The notes under the pieces: model-generated
What the model saw: the letters and a program-made list of their open reading frames with translations, nothing else
The model's database searches: none
Told to the model about the DNA's origin: nothing
In this document: in pieces, positions 59,395-64,000 of the stretch
How positions within the stretch are numbered: position 1 is the stretch's first letter
Layout of the letters: each line of letters begins with the position of its first letter
Made by a program: the position numbers and the translations under genes
NCBI GenBank assembly: GCA_044341565.1
Contig: JBIIRM010000001.1
Coordinates: forward strand, 74,527-138,526
Direction: 5' to 3'
DNA length: 64,000 bases
Origin: Minisyncoccia bacterium
Lineage (GTDB): Bacteria > Patescibacteriota > Minisyncoccia > SW-4-49-11

Positions 59395-60294
59395 TTAAAT
59401 AACATCTTGTCTTCGGAAATAAATATAAAGACTAAGAGAAATGGTAATAGCAATTCCAACGGCTATAAAAAAAGCTGTATCATTATTGAGAAAATCCATT
59501 TTAGCATTAATACCAAGTAATCCAATAAACAGTGTTGAGGGAGCAAGTGTAGTAGAGAATGTGGTTAATGTCTTAATATTTTTATTTAATTTATGAGATA
59601 AGAGAGTTTGATTGGTCTGATCAAAGGCCTCAATAGCTTCTTTAAGATTTTCAGTAATATTCCAAATATGAATATTAGAAGACATTATATCGGTAATACT
59701 TTTTTGTTTAATAGAATTATCCGGAAAATATTGAGGGGTAAGCTTAAATGATGAATCAATGACAGATTTATGAAGCCGTATGGTTTTGCGAAAATCAAGT
59801 ACATCTCTTTTTACAATAGATATTTCAGATATCATATTTCTTTCATTTCCCTTAAAAATTTCCTCTTCAATAAAATCTATTTTCTCAGCAATACGATTAA
59901 GAGGTGTCATACAGGCATTTAGCATTATGGCAACTAAATATACATACAATTCAACAGGACTATCAAAACGAGAGGTTTTACCCTCTACATGGGCTATTAA
60001 ATCAGTAAGAAAATGTAATTCTGTTTTATGAGATGTAACAAAATATCCTTGACTTAATATACAGTCAACTTCAACTGCATTATTTTTACGCAATTTTTTA
60101 TCATAAAGAGGATAATGTAATACCACTGCCATATAATCAGGGAATTCTTCTAATCGCTGAAGATGAATGGGGGATTGTAATATTTTTTCAGTAGAGTGTT
60201 TAAGATTGATAATAGCATCTAAATTCTCAATATCACTTGGAATATCCGGATTAATATCTATCCAGACAAAATTTGAAAATTGAATTTTTTTCAT
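59395..60294 (-). CDS. CorA/ZntB-family divalent cation transporter (GIN variant of the GMN motif)
   Basis: 299 aa; cytoplasmic N-domain plus two C-terminal TM helices; …LFIGLLGINAKMDFLNND… aligns to CorA …GIYGMNFEYMPEL…. Confidence 0.55.
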   Translation of the reverse strand: MKKIQFSNFVWIDINPDIPSDIENLDAIINLKHSTEKILQSPIHLQRLEEFPDYMAVVLHYPLYDKKLRKNNAVEVDCILSQGYFVTSHKTELHFLTDLIAHVEGKTSRFDSPVELYVYLVAIMLNACMTPLNRIAEKIDFIEEEIFKGNERNMISEISIVKRDVLDFRKTIRLHKSVIDSSFKLTPQYFPDNSIKQKSITDIMSSNIHIWNITENLKEAIEAFDQTNQTLLSHKLNKNIKTLTTFSTTLAPSTLFIGLLGINAKMDFLNNDTAFFIAVGIAITISLSLYIYFRRQDVI

Positions 60295-60355
60295 ATATAT
60301 ATTAAACTATACCTAGTATTAGTCTATCAAGTATATTGAAAAAGTCAATATTTAT

Positions 60356-61330
60356 ATGTTCAAAACTCAATATCATCAGGAATTACCTATCAGAATAGAC
60401 AAGTTTTTGGCGACTTTCCTCACCGATGTCTCAAGAGAATATGTACAGGATTTAATTCATAATCAATTAGTATTAAAAAATGGTAGTATTGTCAAAAAAC
60501 CAAAAGAATTAGTATCAAGGGGAGATATTATAGAGGTAAATACTATTGAGCTCAAAAAACAACATTTTGCGTCAATATCACAAGAGGAAAAAGAGAGTTT
60601 ATATAATAAAGTAAGAATTATATTCGAACATGAGGATTTCTTGATAATAGATAAGCCAGCAGGATTACTCGTACATAAAACCAATAACCCAGAATCATAT
60701 TCTCTGGTGGATATTATACTAAAGCAATACCCTGAAATACGAGGGGTACGAGACAAACACCAATCAAAAGAAGCTGAATTACAAGAGCGAGATGGTATCG
60801 TGCATCGTATAGATAAAGATACCAGTGGAATTATAATAATGGCAAGAAATCAAGAAGCATTTGAAATATTTAAACAATTATTTCAAGATAGAAAAGTATA
60901 TAAAGAATATATATGTCTTGTGAGAGGTCATTTGCGAGAGTCTCAGGGTAATATTACATACCCAATTATGAGGTCCAAATTAGATCATACCAAGCGGGTA
61001 GCAGTAGTTAATGCTAAACAATCTGGTATAAAGGAAAGAACAGCCCATACTGAATATTGGGTAGAACAGGAATATCACCAAGCAAGCTTACTCAGAGTAG
61101 TAATACATACGGGCAGAACCCATCAAATTCGCGTGCATATGAAAGCAATAGGGCATCCCATTATAGGAGATACCTTATATGGAGGTAAACTTGAAGCTCA
61201 GGATACACATTCTCTCTCACGACAATTCCTCCATGCTCACAAGATAGCGGTTATCTATAAGGGGGAGGAGTATAGCTTGGTATCAGACTTACCCTCAGAT
61301 TTACAACATTATATTGCAAAACTCAGATAA
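60356..61330 (+). CDS. RluA-family (RluD-like) 23S rRNA pseudouridine synthase with N-terminal S4 domain
   Basis: 324 aa; S4 region (…RIDKFLATFL…), catalytic HRIDKDTSGIIIMARN. Confidence 0.8.
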   Translation: MFKTQYHQELPIRIDKFLATFLTDVSREYVQDLIHNQLVLKNGSIVKKPKELVSRGDIIEVNTIELKKQHFASISQEEKESLYNKVRIIFEHEDFLIIDKPAGLLVHKTNNPESYSLVDIILKQYPEIRGVRDKHQSKEAELQERDGIVHRIDKDTSGIIIMARNQEAFEIFKQLFQDRKVYKEYICLVRGHLRESQGNITYPIMRSKLDHTKRVAVVNAKQSGIKERTAHTEYWVEQEYHQASLLRVVIHTGRTHQIRVHMKAIGHPIIGDTLYGGKLEAQDTHSLSRQFLHAHKIAVIYKGEEYSLVSDLPSDLQHYIAKLR

Positions 61331-61346
61331 GTAAAACTTATCCACA
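61331..61346 (+). promoter_or_regulatory. Second copy of the 16-bp motif GTAAAACTTATCCACA (DnaA box) upstream of cassette copy 2
   Basis: Identical to 55507-55522; followed by an extended -10 (TGC TATAAT, 61368-61376) with no good -35. Confidence 0.45.
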
Positions 61347-61403
61347 ATAATTAATATTGATAAGATATGCTATAATAATTAAGAATACATAATATAAATA
61401 CAT

Positions 61404-62810
61404 ATGCAAAGAAAATATAAAGCATTAGCAATATTCGGGATAATAGTAACACTATTGTCACCACATATAATAGTGAGAGCCCAAGAAGATAATATTGAGG
61501 GTGATGTTTTGACAGATATATCAGGTCTAGACCCCACATCTGTAAAAGAAGGTGAAATTACAAACTGTTTCGATACCTATAAATTTGGTTCAGAAGGCAT
61601 AGCTCTTACAGCGGGGTCAGAGCTTAATGAATATAAGCCATATGATTTGGTAGAAGTCTCAGGAAAAATATCAAATAACAATCCTTATCCGGTATTAGGA
61701 CTAACAGTAAGAGCTAGGGTATTGAGAAATCACCCTAACCCAGTAATACAAAGAGCATTATATACCACCGTAGATGACCTTGTGGTAGCAGATAATATAT
61801 TAATTAAAGCAAATAGTGAATATGATTTAAATTTTGCTTATAATATCTCAGGAAATGCACCAGCAGGTGAATATAAGATACAGTATTATGTATATAACCA
61901 AAATAGATTTAATTTAAATGGACTATCCTTTACTGAAGATATAGTGTCAAATATGACAGAATTTGAGGTATTGGGTGGGAATGAGCATTTATACCTAGAT
62001 AAAACTAATATCACTGTAGATGGACAGATTAATGACACTAGGGCGTTTATCACACAACATGAGCAGGGTAAAGATATACCAGTCAGATTACCATTAATTA
62101 ATCCAACAGGAAAAACTCAAGAAGTAGAGGTTAGTTATAAATTATATAAATGGGATGAGATATTGGAAAGCAATTTTATAGAAGAGCGGATTCAACAAAT
62201 AACTATAGAAGCTAATGGTAAAATAGATTTAGAATATATAGTAAAGCAGACAGAATATCCAGTGTATTATATGGTTATAGAAGCAAATCCAATAGGAGAA
62301 AATTTAAAGTCTCCTAATAACCAAGAAAAAACAATGGCACATATAAGGTTCTCAGTAGAAGGTAGTAATAGACCAAGAGTAAATTGGGTAGGATTAAATA
62401 AGAATCCATTTGAAGGTGGAGATGTTGAATTATTAACATGTGTACATAATACTGTGTTTGAGACAGATGAAGGTCCAGTAAAAGTTCAAAGTATAGCTAA
62501 GGATGAGAAAGGAAGAGAGCTAAGTAAAATAGAGTATGAAGGTGTAATGCCATCAGCAATAAGTGGAATAAAGAATAAACTCAATACAGAAAAAAAATTT
62601 AATACAGTCACAATAGAGACAAGTATATACAATGCAAGCAATGAGCTAGTAGATAATATAATCACAAATTATGATTGTAATGAAATAAGTCCAGATTTGT
62701 GTTTAGTAGAATCAAAATCTAATAATATAATAATTATAGCAGGGCTAATATTATTAGGTATATTGGGAGGATTTATAGTATATAAGAGGTATAAGAAGTT
62801 AAAGAATTAA
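61404..62810 (+). CDS. Secreted, C-terminally membrane-anchored surface protein; paralogue of 55591-57162
   Basis: 468 aa; signal peptide MQRKYKALAIFGIIVTLLSPHIIVRAQ; C-terminus …IIIIAGLILLGILGGFIVYKRYKKLKN; shares the NCFDTYKF, LLTCVHNT, NYDCNEISPDLC blocks. Confidence 0.6.
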   Translation: MQRKYKALAIFGIIVTLLSPHIIVRAQEDNIEGDVLTDISGLDPTSVKEGEITNCFDTYKFGSEGIALTAGSELNEYKPYDLVEVSGKISNNNPYPVLGLTVRARVLRNHPNPVIQRALYTTVDDLVVADNILIKANSEYDLNFAYNISGNAPAGEYKIQYYVYNQNRFNLNGLSFTEDIVSNMTEFEVLGGNEHLYLDKTNITVDGQINDTRAFITQHEQGKDIPVRLPLINPTGKTQEVEVSYKLYKWDEILESNFIEERIQQITIEANGKIDLEYIVKQTEYPVYYMVIEANPIGENLKSPNNQEKTMAHIRFSVEGSNRPRVNWVGLNKNPFEGGDVELLTCVHNTVFETDEGPVKVQSIAKDEKGRELSKIEYEGVMPSAISGIKNKLNTEKKFNTVTIETSIYNASNELVDNIITNYDCNEISPDLCLVESKSNNIIIIAGLILLGILGGFIVYKRYKKLKN

Positions 62811-62813
62811 ATA

Positions 62814-64000
62814 TATGAATATGGAAATGACTACCAAAAATATAGCAATCTCTATTATTAGTTTAATATACCTATTCTTCTTACTACCACAAAATACTTT
62901 TGCAAATAGAGTAGAACATCCGAGCGAGACAATATCAATAGTCTGTGTTATTGCATGTGACGATACTAATAATACCTTGAGAATTCCAAGTATTTCAGGA
63001 CAGATTTATGCTTCAGCTAAAACTCAAAAATTTGATATGGTTAGATCAGATAATAGTAAGAATCTAACAGATGGAGCTGAGATACCAATAGGAACAAAAT
63101 TAAAATATACCAATTATGATAAAGAACCTGCAAATGGAACATGGAACTTTACTGGGGGTACATATGATTCTCCAGATATGAATGAGCAGTGGTATCAACT
63201 TGACTTTAAAGCCAATGAAACTTATGAAGAGTGTATATGTGAACAATATAAATGTATCGAGGAGAATAAGCAGGGTGAGTGTAAAAAAAGATCTACTACT
63301 GACTGTAAAAAAGAGAAATGTACTACAAAAACTAATGACAAAACTAAACAAGCCCAAATTAAGGTATCCCCTCCATCTAATAATAAACCCGATAAAATAG
63401 AAGGTAGGGGAGCTGTAGTATGTGATAATGATAAGAGAGAGTGTACTACTACAAGCACAGGAGATGCTAGTATAACCATTACTTTTCCTAAGGCAACCGC
63501 AACTATAAAAGGCCGTTTAAAAGATGACGATGACGATAGAGAAGATACATCAGAGTTTAAATTTGATAAAGTTAGTTTTACCTATGATTTTACAGTATAT
63601 GATCCAAACACACCTCCTATTGTAAGTAATTGTGGGGCAAGCAATGTAAACTATGAAGACGGTAGAATTACATGGAATTATAGTGATGCTGATGGAGATA
63701 GACAAGCTAAAGCATATGTACAAGTATCTACCGCATCAGATTTTTCACAATTTAATTATGGAGTAAATAAAGTAATAAATAGTAATGCTACTACTCTAGA
63801 TGTGAACGGATTGATTCCTGGAACTAGATATTATTTTAGAGTCAAAGCTAATGACGGCAAAGTAGATGGAGGATGGTGTAATACTGCCTCATTTAATACT
63901 CCTTCTAACAATCCTCCTAATTTAGATAGATTAAGCTGTAGTGCAACATCAGGAGCAACAGATTATACAAGAGCTAACATAAATTGGAATTATACGGGAA
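62814..64000 (+). CDS. Secreted Cys-rich protein with FN3-like repeat(s), 3' end cut by the window edge; paralogue of 57167-59326
   Basis: Frame open from the ATG at 62814 to the end of the window; signal peptide MNMEMTTKNIAISIISLIYLFFLLPQNTFA; …ITWNYSDADGDRQAKAYVQVSTASDFS…GLIPGTRYYFRVKAND… and …NPPNLDRLSCSATSGATDYTRANINWNYTG parallel the first copy. Confidence 0.55.

Noticed and set aside
55507-61346. Interpretation of the DnaA boxes (7967, 55514, 61338) as a replication origin
   Set aside because: They are single boxes 6-47 kb apart, not clustered, with no adjacent dnaA/dnaN genes or AT-rich DNA-unwinding element; a transcriptional-regulatory role is more plausible

Overview
This window is AT-rich (about one-third GC by eye) and gene-dense, almost entirely on the + strand. 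It reads like a small, streamlined bacterial genome with hallmarks of candidate-phyla-radiation (CPR)-like or other reduced symbiont lineages. Those hallmarks are an S10/spc ribosomal-protein cluster that lacks L30 (rpmD), a lone 16S rRNA gene with no spacer tRNAs or 23S following it, and mismatches at the standard 16S primer sites; the lineage itself is not determined. The first 55 kb is ordinary housekeeping. In order the genes are: pheT (5' truncated), rplU, a NifU-like protein, a ferredoxin, lgt, dnaG-rpoD, rplK-rplA, class Ia nrdAB, a hypothetical ORF, a UvrD-like helicase fused to a RecB-type nuclease, a GT4 glycosyltransferase, a large membrane-anchored protein, murB, a PrsW-like protease, Hsp20, rplJ-rplL, a GATase1, an exonuclease, a superoxide dismutase, an M3 peptidase and a VKOR homologue (- strand). 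After the 16S come murJ, a small membrane protein, lepA, lemA-htpX, pyk, secE-nusG, a zinc-ribbon protein, then three tandem paralogous orphan membrane histidine kinases with an ABC-F ATPase inserted between them, then tuf through the S10-spc operon to secY. The most interesting part is downstream of secY. The conserved adk/map/infA/rpsM/rpoA tail is replaced by a two-gene cassette: a signal-peptide protein with a C-terminal membrane anchor and basic tail, followed by a cysteine-rich secreted protein with fibronectin-III-like repeats. The cassette is duplicated (55591-59326 and 61404-64000+), and each copy is preceded by an identical 16-bp motif containing a perfect DnaA box (TTATCCACA). Other notable points are a DnaA box plus an NrdR-box-like palindrome upstream of nrdAB, the dispersal of the normally contiguous secE-nusG-rplKAJL cluster into three loci, and an L22 with a histone-like Lys/Ala tail. 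All calls are made by eye from the sequence and the supplied ORF translations; no searches were run.
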